Source of the DNA: Minisyncoccia bacterium | GTDB lineage: Bacteria > Patescibacteriota > Minisyncoccia > Phycocordibacterales > Phycocordibacteraceae | Direction: 5' to 3' | Assembly (NCBI GenBank): GCA_041623915.1 | Contig: JBFJWB010000002.1 | Coordinates: forward strand, 1-45,335 | DNA length: 45,335 nucleotides | Shown here: positions 9,235-17,463 of the stretch, one piece after another | Layout: every line of letters starts with the position of its first letter | How positions within the stretch are numbered: the stretch's first letter is position 1 | The notes under the pieces: model-generated | Told to the model about the DNA's origin: nothing | Seen by the model: the letters and a program-made list of their open reading frames with translations, nothing else | The model's database searches: none | Position numbers and translations under genes: made by a program

Positions 9235-10806
9235 CTATTCAAAGCCGAGAAGGCCTTTTGGACGATACAAGAGAGCTTCGTATACGTGTTCTGCAGTAAC
9301 CATATCTGCTTCAGCTAGATCAGCTATCGTGCGCGCCACTCGGAGTGTTCTGTGATATGCACGTGGTGAAAGATTAAGACGAGAAGCGGCTCCTACAAGA
9401 GCCTGCTTCGCTTTATTATTTACAAAGCTTTTTGTGTCTATATCACGAGACGATAATATAGCGTTATGTGCCCCCGCATTCCCTATTCGTTTGCAAGACT
9501 TTTCCCTTGCTTTCACTACCCTAGTTCGAACAGTTTCAGAAGTCTCACCATTACTAAGTTCGGCCAATGTTTCATGAGGGATTATCGGTACTGATACCCA
9601 AATGTCTAGACGATCTACAATAGGTCGTGATAGTTTTCGTGATTGTTTTAGCGCCTGCCGTACACTTACATCGGCGTTTGCTGATAACGTGTCTGCAGGG
9701 TTCATTGCAGCAACCACCATACAATCTGCGGGAAAAGTAACTCGCCCTCTGGCGCGAGAGACAGTCACTACTCGGTCTTCAAGCGGTTGTCGTAGAGCTT
9801 CTAAAGCGCGTGTGTCAAACTCTGGTAATTCATCTAAAAACAGCACACCTCTGTGAGCAAGTGTTACTTCTCCAGCGCTCGGATTAATTCCGCCACCAAC
9901 AATAGCCACATGTGAGACTGAATGATGTGGGGCGCGAAATGGGGGCCACTCAACTATCGTGTCTCCAGAAAGAAGACCTGCAGTGGAGTGAATTGCGGTT
10001 ACTTCGAGCATTTCTTCATGAGATAGTGCTGGAAGGATGCCTGGCAAAGCACGAGCCAACATAGTCTTGCCAGTTCCGGGCGGACCATAAAATACTATAT
10101 TGTGACGGCCAGCGGCCGCTATCTCCAAAGCGCGTTTTGCACTCTCTTGGCCTTTGATTTCTGATAAATCGCAAATAGGTGCCGGCGTTTGTTCTGCAGG
10201 TTCAGGCAATCTCCTTGTAAGTGCTACATCACCAGACAAATGATCAGTAAGCTCTTTTAGAGTTTTTGGTGTATACACACACATTCCACGTACTAAAAGA
10301 GCCTCTTTGGCATTTTCTTGTGGCACAAATACTTCTCTAATGCCACTGCGATGAGCTGCCAATACTTGCGGTAATACACCACGAACCCTCCGCAATGCTC
10401 CATTTAAAGCAAGCTCACCAACACATAATATTTGTTTTTCTGGCAATTTAACTTCGCCACTGGCTCCAAGATACGCAAGAGCAAGAGCAACATCATAATG
10501 TGAACCGTCTTTACGTAAATCAGCGGGAGATAAGGAAAGTACAATGCGTTTGTTTTGTTGTTTTGGAGAAGTGAATCCGCTGTGTCTTATAGCTGAGGAA
10601 ATACGCTCACGTGCCTCATCAACTGCCTTGTCAGCTAAACCAACAACAGAAAAAGAATGAAGACCGCGTACCAAATCTGCCTCAATTGTAACTAAAGTAG
10701 CTTCCGATCCTGATGGTTGAGAAGCAAATGTTTTTGCATAATTTCCTACGGATTGTTTAACCGAACTCCGCTTAGAACCACTCCCCTTTTTAGGATCCAC
10801 TGACAT
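9235..10806 (-). CDS. comM: YifB/ComM-family Mg-chelatase-like AAA+ protein
   Basis: Lon-like N-terminal domain, Walker [23 protein letters not shown]-terminal [16 protein letters not shown]. Confidence 0.92.
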   Translation of the reverse strand: MSVDPKKGSGSKRSSVKQSVGNYAKTFASQPSGSEATLVTIEADLVRGLHSFSVVGLADKAVDEARERISSAIRHSGFTSPKQQNKRIVLSLSPADLRKDGSHYDVALALAYLGASGEVKLPEKQILCVGELALNGALRRVRGVLPQVLAAHRSGIREVFVPQENAKEALLVRGMCVYTPKTLKELTDHLSGDVALTRRLPEPAEQTPAPICDLSEIKGQESAKRALEIAAAGRHNIVFYGPPGTGKTMLARALPGILPALSHEEMLEVTAIHSTAGLLSGDTIVEWPPFRAPHHSVSHVAIVGGGINPSAGEVTLAHRGVLFLDELPEFDTRALEALRQPLEDRVVTVSRARGRVTFPADCMVVAAMNPADTLSANADVSVRQALKQSRKLSRPIVDRLDIWVSVPIIPHETLAELSNGETSETVRTRVVKAREKSCKRIGNAGAHNAILSSRDIDTKSFVNNKAKQALVGAASRLNLSPRAYHRTLRVARTIADLAEADMVTAEHVYEALLYRPKGLLGFE

Positions 10807-11158
10807 GCTCTACGCAAGTGTCTGCTGCTGGGTCAGCATCAAGGCGTGCTGGAATGATTGCTTTATGGCACACGCTACACGTACCATAAGAATCATTCTT
10901 TATTCTGTTAAGCGCTTCTACCACGTTGTTGTAACGAGTCTCCAGATCCGCAACAATAGATGCGTTGGTATCAAATGTTGTAGATGCATCTGCAACATCA
11001 ATAGGGTCAGATTCAGAATTAGTTTCTGGCGGGAGCGGTTCCCAATCGGATGGATTGGTTGGATTTTGTCGCCCAAGACCCCTAAGTTCGGACTCCAGAA
11101 GATCCTTCTCTTCCTCAAGGCGCTTAGTAAGGGCAACGATTTTCATTGCGCTAAGCAT
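10790..11158 (-). CDS. DksA/TraR-family C4 zinc-finger protein
   Basis: Coiled-coil N-terminus, then C..C(x17)C..H-type finger [27 protein letters not shown]. Overlaps the comM start by 17 nt. Confidence 0.8.
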   Translation of the reverse strand: MLSAMKIVALTKRLEEEKDLLESELRGLGRQNPTNPSDWEPLPPETNSESDPIDVADASTTFDTNASIVADLETRYNNVVEALNRIKNDSYGTCSVCHKAIIPARLDADPAADTCVEHVSGS

Positions 11159-11201
11159 AACACGTACATTTTGGTCCAGTACGGTTAGTTGTGAGTATTG
11201 A

Positions 11202-12620
11202 TTATTTGGGTCCGGATTGTGATGCCCCTAGACGTCTACTAAGCTCTGTAAAGGCAGATTTGTCGCGCGCAATAATTAGAGTTAATGGATCCCAATAGCC
11301 ATACAAAAGTACACTATTTCCTTGTACGTCACGAAGAATACGTACATCTTTATTATGAATAACCTCATCTTGGAATGAGAGTTGTTTCGTGGCTATTGCC
11401 ACACTAGTGCTAGCTTCTTCTGGAGCATTTTCTATAACAATTTTTGGCGTAGGGTATAAATCATTCAGATCCTTTTCCATACGCGGTTCCCATTCAAGCA
11501 TCCCAGCAAATGTCTCTCGGTATGAAGAAACTCTTAAGATGAAAAATGGACTTGATGAATCGCCTGTATTTATTATTCCAGCAATACTTCCATTAGAGTC
11601 TATGTTGCGGAGCAGTATTTGCGGTGCAGGAAACGCAAGAGAGTAAAACACATCTAGAGTGCCATCTAACAAAAGTAACCGCACGTTGTTAGCAGAAAGA
11701 GGCTTAATCACTGAGGACTGAATATGCTGAAGTAGTGTGGACCCTGATCCAGACACTTTCTCACGCTCATCAACAAAAATAGGTGTCGTAGCAACCACCT
11801 TAGGTAATACAGTTTGCGGATTGTCCTCAAGAAATGAATATATAAAATACGTACTTCCTCCTGCTCCACCAAGTAGAACAAGCCCACCCAAAAGGAATGC
11901 CAAATTTTTCCCAGTGAAATGAAACGTTTTAGTTTCTGTACCTACCGTATTTGGACGAAATGGCGCTGCATCTTGCTCTGCAGCGAGTATTGTTGCTGGC
12001 GACGCTTTTGTTTTTTTAACATGGTCAGAGAAATCACTAGTGTATGTGTGAATTGGGGATGTGTCTTGTGAACTATTTTCATCTCCAACAAGTCTTTCTG
12101 CAGGTGGCGCACCAAGTTTCTGAGGAGGTGTCGACTCAATTGATTCAGGTGTTTTAATGCCCCCGCTCTTTTCTTGTCCAGAGTGACTAGCTACACGAGC
12201 TCTAAGACGTTCTAAGACCTCGTCACGACTCTCTTCAACAGTGTCTTGTGCAAGTAAGTTTCTAGGTGTTTGCAAGCGCTCTTCACGAGCAGTCTCTCTT
12301 AAGTCTCTTCTGTATGTTTTTAATTCACCAATCGCCTCTTTTGGCGATGGCAAGTCAATGTTGATTTCCTGCTGGCTTATTTTTGTTTCCAACTTCTCCG
12401 GTTTCTTCTGTAAATCAAACTTTTCTGGAGACGAAGGTGTTGGTTGCGCAGTTTTAACAAAAGGACTGTCTCCGCCACTTTCTCCAAATGGGACTAGGTC
12501 TGGATGTGCGCCACGCTTTACTGCCGTCGCGTCACCGTCAAACGTGCGGATATATCTCTTCGCATCATTCGTATTGATGTCTGTATCAGGCATTGTTATT
12601 TTGTTCGTCGGAGCGTCCAT
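11202..12620 (-). CDS. hypothetical single-pass membrane protein
   Basis: 472-aa ORF with a central TM segment LAFLLGGLVLLGGAGGSTYFIY. Duplicated I[RH]T[FY]xxD motif (YIRTFDGD, IHTYTSDF). Confidence 0.7.
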   Translation of the reverse strand: MDAPTNKITMPDTDINTNDAKRYIRTFDGDATAVKRGAHPDLVPFGESGGDSPFVKTAQPTPSSPEKFDLQKKPEKLETKISQQEINIDLPSPKEAIGELKTYRRDLRETAREERLQTPRNLLAQDTVEESRDEVLERLRARVASHSGQEKSGGIKTPESIESTPPQKLGAPPAERLVGDENSSQDTSPIHTYTSDFSDHVKKTKASPATILAAEQDAAPFRPNTVGTETKTFHFTGKNLAFLLGGLVLLGGAGGSTYFIYSFLEDNPQTVLPKVVATTPIFVDEREKVSGSGSTLLQHIQSSVIKPLSANNVRLLLLDGTLDVFYSLAFPAPQILLRNIDSNGSIAGIINTGDSSSPFFILRVSSYRETFAGMLEWEPRMEKDLNDLYPTPKIVIENAPEEASTSVAIATKQLSFQDEVIHNKDVRILRDVQGNSVLLYGYWDPLTLIIARDKSAFTELSRRLGASQSGPK

Positions 12621-12670
12621 GACTATTAAACATAGTACCGTATCGTGACTTATTCAAAAGAGCGATACGA

Positions 12671-12704
12671 ACAATGCCTGTACTTTTAAAAGTACAGGCA
12701 TTGT
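12671..12704 (-). terminator. 17-bp perfect palindrome hairpin downstream of the NYN gene
   Basis: acaatgcctgtactttt/aaaagtacaggcattgt, 17 nt downstream of the stop at 12722. Confidence 0.6.
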
Positions 12705-12721
12705 TGCTTACTGGCCTAAAG

Positions 12722-13237
12722 TTATCCTCGGTGTCCAATTGTAAACTTTTTAGGATCATCGCCCATATCTGTAAATGCTTGTGTTGCCTCTCTTAGTTTC
12801 GAAGATGAAGATTTACCAAATGAAATTACTTCAACCTGACACCCTTCGTTCATGTCTAGATATTCAATTAACGGAACAAAATCACCATCACCAGTAACTA
12901 ACACTATAGTGTCTAGTTTTGGAGCAAGCTTAACTGCGTCAACCGCAAGTCCAACGTCCCAGTCTGCTTTTTTGGCACCATCGGAAAATATTTGAAGATC
13001 TTTTACTTTCGTTTCAATGCCAATTTTAGTAAGTGCGTCAAAGAACGCACCTTCTTCACCACTTTCTGTCTTGATTACGTATGCGATAGCTCGGACAAGT
13101 ACTCGTCCACCAACAGCCTCATCAAGGATTTTAGCGAAATTAACGCGCGCATTATAAAGATTCTTTGCGCTATGGTAAAGGTTTTGCGTGTCAATGAAGA
13201 CGCCTACACGCTGAGCGGGATGTTTAATAACGGCCAT
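12722..13237 (-). CDS. NYN-domain (LabA/DUF88-like) protein
   Basis: VGVFIDTQNLYHSAKNLY, then LVTGDGDFVPLIEYL. ATG at 13237 is preferred over the TTG at 13273. Confidence 0.8.
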   Translation of the reverse strand: MAVIKHPAQRVGVFIDTQNLYHSAKNLYNARVNFAKILDEAVGGRVLVRAIAYVIKTESGEEGAFFDALTKIGIETKVKDLQIFSDGAKKADWDVGLAVDAVKLAPKLDTIVLVTGDGDFVPLIEYLDMNEGCQVEVISFGKSSSSKLREATQAFTDMGDDPKKFTIGHRG

Positions 13238-13356
13238 AAATAAAATGTTTGAAATATTGGAGCATTGCTCCAAGAATTATTAAAATCAGGTATCCATACA
13301 GGATACCCATACATGCTACCATTAATTCCACCAAAGTTAGTGTTTCGTGTGAAACG

Positions 13357-13623
13357 CTAACGCTTCAAGCCAAGCTTCTTTATCAGAGCGTTATAGCCAC
13401 GTTTGTTGTTAGTCTCTAAGTAGCGTAAATGCGTACGACGGTCAGCAACCATCTGCAAAAGACCTCGGCGAGAGTGAAAATCCTTAGCATTTTTCTTTAG
13501 ATGCTTTGCCAACTCATCAATACTCCGTGTAAGTACAGCAACCTGCACCTCTGGAGATCCAGTATCAGAATCATGGCGGGCCACATTCTTAATTACAGAA
13601 TTCTTTTTCTTCTTAGTAAGCAT
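13357..13623 (-). CDS. rpsO: 30S ribosomal protein S15
   Basis: 88 aa. TGSPEVQVAVLTRSIDELAKHLKKNAKDFHSRRGLLQMVADRR. Confidence 0.95.
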   Translation of the reverse strand: MLTKKKKNSVIKNVARHDSDTGSPEVQVAVLTRSIDELAKHLKKNAKDFHSRRGLLQMVADRRTHLRYLETNNKRGYNALIKKLGLKR

Positions 13624-13719
13624 GATGGAAGGTACTCTACCATGTCTTGACTAATACCGCAAGTGTATCCTAGGGATGCGTAATCCTTCTGTGGTTTAGA
13701 GCTGGTAGTATATAAACAC

Positions 13720-14487
13720 ATGAAAATAGTCTCTTGGAACGTAAATGGACTCAGATCACTCTCTAAAAACAACTATTGGGAGGATTTTTTGATGAATGTT
13801 AATCCAGACGTTTTTTGTCTACAAGAGACAAAGGCGTCTCCTGAACAACTTTCCGAAGATCTGCGTAGAGTCTCAAATTTCTCCTCGTTTTTTTCCTCTA
13901 GTAAAGTAAAGAAAGGATATAGTGGCGTAGCAATTTATACGCAGATTGAACCGATTTCGGTGCGCTATGGTATGGATATTCCTGAATTTGATGATGAAGG
14001 ACGATTTATCGCAGTAGAATTCCAAGAATTCTGGCTACTGAATGCATACTTCCCTAATGGAGGACAGGGGCAACATCGCTTAGATTATAAAATGCGATTT
14101 TACGACGCGTTTCTTGTCTTCGCTCAAAAGCTACGAGAACAGAAACCTGTTATTTTCTGCGGTGATGTGAACACTGCTCATGAGGAAATAGACCTTGCGA
14201 GACCGAAACAAAATGAGAACAACACAGGCTTTTTGCCAGATGAGCGTGCATGGATTGATGAGGTTATTGCTTCTGGATATGCAGACGTATACCGACATAT
14301 GTATCCAAGTCGTAAAGAGGCATATTCATATTGGGATATGTTTACGCGTGCGCGTGATAGGAATGTCGGGTGGCGTATAGATTATTTTTTCGTAGCAAAT
14401 GAATTCATGGGAAAGATTAAAAAAGCAGAAATCCATACTGACATTTACGGTTCTGACCACTGCCCCATTTCAATCACTCTAGGGTAG
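13720..14487 (+). CDS. xth: exodeoxyribonuclease III
   Basis: MKIVSWNVNGLRS, LQETK, NAYFPNG, GDVNTAHEEIDL, GSDHCPI. Confidence 0.94.
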   Translation: MKIVSWNVNGLRSLSKNNYWEDFLMNVNPDVFCLQETKASPEQLSEDLRRVSNFSSFFSSSKVKKGYSGVAIYTQIEPISVRYGMDIPEFDDEGRFIAVEFQEFWLLNAYFPNGGQGQHRLDYKMRFYDAFLVFAQKLREQKPVIFCGDVNTAHEEIDLARPKQNENNTGFLPDERAWIDEVIASGYADVYRHMYPSRKEAYSYWDMFTRARDRNVGWRIDYFFVANEFMGKIKKAEIHTDIYGSDHCPISITLG

Positions 14488-14506
14488 GAAATACATAAAG
14501 GACAGT

Positions 14507-14515
14507 TATCCACAC
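14507..14515 (+). promoter_or_regulatory. perfect DnaA-box consensus TTATCCACA
   Basis: Exact 9-mer 20 nt after the xth stop, preceded by ATAAAGGACA. That 10-mer recurs at 16867-16876. Confidence 0.5.
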
Positions 14516-14518
14516 AAG

Positions 14519-14542
14519 TGTCCTTTACACTGTCCTTTACAC
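14519..14542 (+). repeat. tandem 12-mer TGTCCTTTACAC x2
   Basis: 14519-14530 and 14531-14542 are identical. The reverse complement contains TAAAGGAC, shared with the 14496 and 16868 sites. Confidence 0.7.
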
Positions 14543-14676
14543 ACGTATTATAGACAAAGGCTAGATTGTTCTTTTGAGTTCTTTCACATCAGCGCGCTCG
14601 TGGCCCTGTTTACGGCCTCACGGCGTATCCGTGTCAAACATAGGACATGGTTCCACACAAAGCGCCCATCATTCTT

Positions 14677-14755
14677 AAGAGCCCCACTTCTCCTCGGAAG
14701 TACCACATCAATGCCCGCTCCTTATCCTCTTCCGGAATAAGGGGCTCTTTTGTTT
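14677..14755 (+). terminator. branched GC-rich hairpin structure followed by a U-tract (terminator or 3' end of an unassigned ncRNA)
   Basis: aagagcccc (14677-85) pairs with ggggctctt (14741-49). Alternative 9-bp stem gctccttat/ataaggggc (14717-25/14737-45). Followed by tcttttgttt. Confidence 0.45.
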
Positions 14756-14766
14756 CCCGTGTAACA
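14752..14766 (-). repeat. 15-mer TGTTACACGGGAAAC (inverted copy)
   Basis: The reverse complement of gtttcccgtgtaaca matches the copies at 14964 and 15010 in 13/15 positions. Confidence 0.6.
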
Positions 14767-14959
14767 TGATTTTGAACGATATAGAATAACTTTTTTACAC
14801 CCCCGCATCTCAAAATAAGTTGTATATTCTTCGTCCCTCTAAATTCTTAGGAAACAATGAACATACACCTTCCATCGCGAAGATTACGAAACAATAGGAT
14901 TTTATTTATATCTCGAAAATCAACAAAAGTACGTGTTTAAGTCACCGAATACACATATT

Positions 14960-15024
14960 TGTGTGTTACACACGAAACAGTAGTGAACAATATTTGACAG
15001 GAAAATGTGTGTTACACGCGAAAC
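14960..15024 (+). repeat. two direct copies of the palindrome-containing motif TGTGTGTTACAC(A/G)CGAAAC, 46 bp apart
   Basis: 14960-14978 and 15006-15024. The core GTGTGT-T-ACACAC is a 6+1+6 palindrome. The second copy abuts the cca stop codon. Confidence 0.6.
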
Positions 15025-15026
15025 GC

Positions 15027-16490
15027 CTAACAGACGTGGTGCTTTTCCATGATCTTTTTTACCTCTTCATCCTCCCTGCGTTCACGTTCTTTCTTTCCTG
15101 ATTCTCCTAACTCTTTTAAATCATTATCTGTAAGCGCAAGTAATTCTTCTGTTCGTTTGTCCATGTATTTATTGGTATTTAGATCAGGATTTTCTAAAAC
15201 TTCCTCAAGAAGAGCGTTTAGCACCCAACCTATTCTTGGTCCCGGTTTCGCGTGGAACATGTCCATAATGTGTTTCCCATCCGTTTCCAACATAGCTACT
15301 GATATAGGATCACGAAGAGCCTGTTCAACCATTGCGATGTATTTTCTAAGACGAAAAGGCTGCTCCTTTGGTCTGCCAGTGCCTATGCGGTCGCATACGC
15401 GCAGATTAAGCAGATCCCAAACGTTTTCTTGGCCCACGTTAGCAATCATACGTCGTACTGCCGATAGAGTAATGACATCAGGATCAGAGAAAAACATGTG
15501 CCAACGAACTAGCTTCACTACCTTTTCTATAGTTTCACGTGGAAAGCGTAGTTCCTCAAGAGCTTTTTTTGTTACACGTGAACCAACCACCTCATGGCCA
15601 TGGAATGTCCAATCATTCTTTTCTTTTGACCACCTTCTGGTTTCCGTCTTAGACACATCATGAAAGAGTCCAGCAAGGCGTACGTCAAAGTTCCAGTCCT
15701 TATCAGCTGCATGTTGCATCGTGCGCATGAGGTGTCCGAAAACATCGTATGAGTGCGCTTGGTTTTGATCTATGCCGACACCACGAGTAAGATCAGGGGC
15801 AATATACACAAGAATACCCAATTGCTGAGCAAGAACGAGAGCCGTCATTGGTTGCTTTGATTGTAGTATGCGCACAAGCTCATCCCGAACTCTTTCACGG
15901 GAAACATGGCTTAAATGCTCGCTGTTTTCTTTAATTGCACCTGCAGTTTCCGTATCTATGGCAAAAGACAGTTCTGCAACAAGGCGGATAGCGCGCATCA
16001 TGCGAAGAGCATCCTCATTAAATCGTTCAGATGCGTTACCAACGGCGCGTAGAACTTTGTCCTTTATATCCTCTTGTCCTTTATACGGGTCAACGAGAAT
16101 ACCGGAGTCTTCATTAAGGGCAATTGCGTTTACTGTAAAGTCACGACGAGCAAGATCATCTTCCAAGGAGACACCAAAGACTACTTTATCAGGACGACGT
16201 TTGTCGGAATATCCAATTTCTGTTCGATAAGGGGTTACTTCTACTATAGTGAGAGACTTGTCTTCAGAACCTGTTTTTATACCTACTGTTCCATAGTCGT
16301 TTTCATAGAAAGAATCTGGGAAGATGGCCTGAATGTCTTCAGGTTTTGCATTTGTTGTAATGTCCCAGTCTTTCGGAATCTTGCCTAACAAGATATCGCG
16401 CACGCAACCACCAACAAGGTATGCGTCAAAGCCATTCGAACGTAATGCTTTTGTGATGGAGGAAATCTCACTTGGAACGGGATAGTTCAT
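15027..16490 (-). CDS. cca: CCA-adding tRNA nucleotidyltransferase with HD domain
   Basis: YLVGGCVRDILLG, DWDITT, RDFTVNA, HD motif LFHDVSK. ATG at 16490 (MNYPVPSE) is preferred over the TTG at 16508. Confidence 0.9.
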   Translation of the reverse strand: MNYPVPSEISSITKALRSNGFDAYLVGGCVRDILLGKIPKDWDITTNAKPEDIQAIFPDSFYENDYGTVGIKTGSEDKSLTIVEVTPYRTEIGYSDKRRPDKVVFGVSLEDDLARRDFTVNAIALNEDSGILVDPYKGQEDIKDKVLRAVGNASERFNEDALRMMRAIRLVAELSFAIDTETAGAIKENSEHLSHVSRERVRDELVRILQSKQPMTALVLAQQLGILVYIAPDLTRGVGIDQNQAHSYDVFGHLMRTMQHAADKDWNFDVRLAGLFHDVSKTETRRWSKEKNDWTFHGHEVVGSRVTKKALEELRFPRETIEKVVKLVRWHMFFSDPDVITLSAVRRMIANVGQENVWDLLNLRVCDRIGTGRPKEQPFRLRKYIAMVEQALRDPISVAMLETDGKHIMDMFHAKPGPRIGWVLNALLEEVLENPDLNTNKYMDKRTEELLALTDNDLKELGESGKKERERREDEEVKKIMEKHHVC

Positions 16491-16561
16491 GAGCAAATCG
16501 TAGCACAATAGAGCTGGTTTTTTTACGCTGGTGGCGTACTATATTAGTTGTTAACTAATAT

Positions 16562-16634
16562 GCGCCCGTAGCTCAATGGATAGAGCACCTGACTTCGGAT
16601 CAGGGGGTTGTGGGTTCAAGTCCTGCCGGGCGCA
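16562..16634 (+). tRNA. tRNA-Arg (anticodon TCG), no encoded CCA
   Basis: Cloverleaf folded by hand. Acceptor gcgcccg/cgggcgc, anticodon loop cTTCGGa, T-loop ttcaagt. 73 nt. Confidence 0.85.
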
Positions 16635-16679
16635 CAAGAATTGATGAAAATGGAATACTGTGCAAAGATAAAACCCAAG

Positions 16680-16753
16680 GCGGATATGGTTTAGTGGTAA
16701 AACGCGTCCTTGCCAAGGACGAGTCGGGAGTTCGATTCTCCCTATCCGCACCA
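16680..16753 (+). tRNA. tRNA-Gly (anticodon GCC), CCA encoded
   Basis: Acceptor gcggata/tatccgc, anticodon loop ttGCCaa, T-arm gggag-ttcgatt-ctccc, 3' acca. Confidence 0.9.
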
Positions 16754-16783
16754 AAGGATTTAAATAAGGTGTCTGTAGGTGTT

Positions 16784-16822
16784 AAAACGCAAAATGGCTT
16801 ATATAAGCCATTTTTGCGTTTT
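16784..16822 (+). terminator. rho-independent terminator after the tRNA pair
   Basis: aaaacgcaaaatggctt-atata-agccatttttgcgtttt, a long stem with one bulge and a U-tail. Confidence 0.7.
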
Positions 16823-16840
16823 ATATGACATGTGTCCATA

Positions 16841-16874
16841 TGTGGATAAAGGTGTTAGTACTGTGGATAAAGGA
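16841..16874 (-). promoter_or_regulatory. two perfect DnaA boxes (TGTGGATAA = rc TTATCCACA), same orientation, 22 bp apart
   Basis: TGTGGATAAAGG at 16841-16852 and again at 16863-16874. Confidence 0.5.
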
Positions 16875-16929
16875 CATTTTTTGATGTTCTCCAGTTGTGA
16901 TCAGAAAGTCCTAAGAAAAGCCCAAATAT

Positions 16930-17346
16930 ATGCGTTATTCTTATAAGTCAATGGACGTTTCCTCAAAGACCAGAAAGGAGATTGGTGACTTCGGTGAGCG
17001 TGTTGCTGAAGCATATTTTGTGAGACATGGATTTGTTATTGAGGACAGAAATGTAGCTCGCAAGACAGGTGAGTTGGATAGGATTGTTCGTAAGGACGAT
17101 GTTATACATATTGTGGAAGTGAAGACTGTAGTATGTAGGGATTTTCCAGTCTCTATGCATGACGTTGGTGATCATGATCCTTCCATAAATCTGCATTCAC
17201 AAAAGTTGCGAAAGATTGCGCGCACAGCAGAGTGGTATTTAGCTGAGAGAAAATGGGAAGGGGAGTGGCAAGTGGACGGATTGCTTGTATGGGTCAGAAA
17301 ACACGACTGTATGGCAAGGGTGCGCTATTTGCCACAAATCTGGTAG
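16930..17346 (+). CDS. yraN: YraN-family (UPF0102) endonuclease-like protein
   Basis: GDFGERVAEAYFVRHGF..., GELDRIV, IHIVEVKT. An alternative start lies at 16951. Confidence 0.8.
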   Translation: MRYSYKSMDVSSKTRKEIGDFGERVAEAYFVRHGFVIEDRNVARKTGELDRIVRKDDVIHIVEVKTVVCRDFPVSMHDVGDHDPSINLHSQKLRKIARTAEWYLAERKWEGEWQVDGLLVWVRKHDCMARVRYLPQIW

Positions 17347-17358
17347 GATAGTCGAATA

Positions 17359-17429
17359 CGGGCTGTCGTATACCGGTAGTACGCGTCCTTTGGGAGGATG
17401 ATGACTGGGTTCGATTCCCAGCAGCCCGA
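17359..17429 (+). tRNA. tRNA-Pro (anticodon TGG), no encoded CCA
   Basis: Acceptor cgggctg/cagcccg, anticodon loop ttTGGga, T-arm ctggg-ttcgatt-cccag. 71 nt. Confidence 0.88.
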
Positions 17430-17463
17430 CTTGTTAAGTTCTGTATTTTAGCTTATTTAAACC

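Noticed and set aside
14590-14755. Known housekeeping ncRNA (SRP/4.5S, tmRNA, RNase P, 6S) in the non-coding gap
   Set aside because: A CTGTTTAC string and GGAA loops recalled SRP RNA. The conserved AGCA/GGAAGCAGCC domain IV context is absent on both strands. There is no tRNA-like end for tmRNA and no GAGGAAAGTCC-type RNase P motif. 6S cannot be judged by eye.
14960-15024. Possible mini-CRISPR: two 19-nt repeats ending in GAAAC, separated by 27 nt
   Set aside because: There are only two copies. The repeat is shorter than known CRISPR repeats. No cas genes are present. The third copy is inverted and 200 bp away. A terminator or operator reading fits better.
15049-15663. 204-aa plus-strand ORF inside cca
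   Set aside because: It is an antisense shadow ORF, Ser/Arg-rich, and overlaps a well-supported gene.
16551-16839. Three ORFs (67-79 aa) across the tRNA-Arg/tRNA-Gly region, and ORF 19701..19892 over tRNA-Gly(TCC)
   Set aside because: They are translations of tRNA genes and terminator hairpins.
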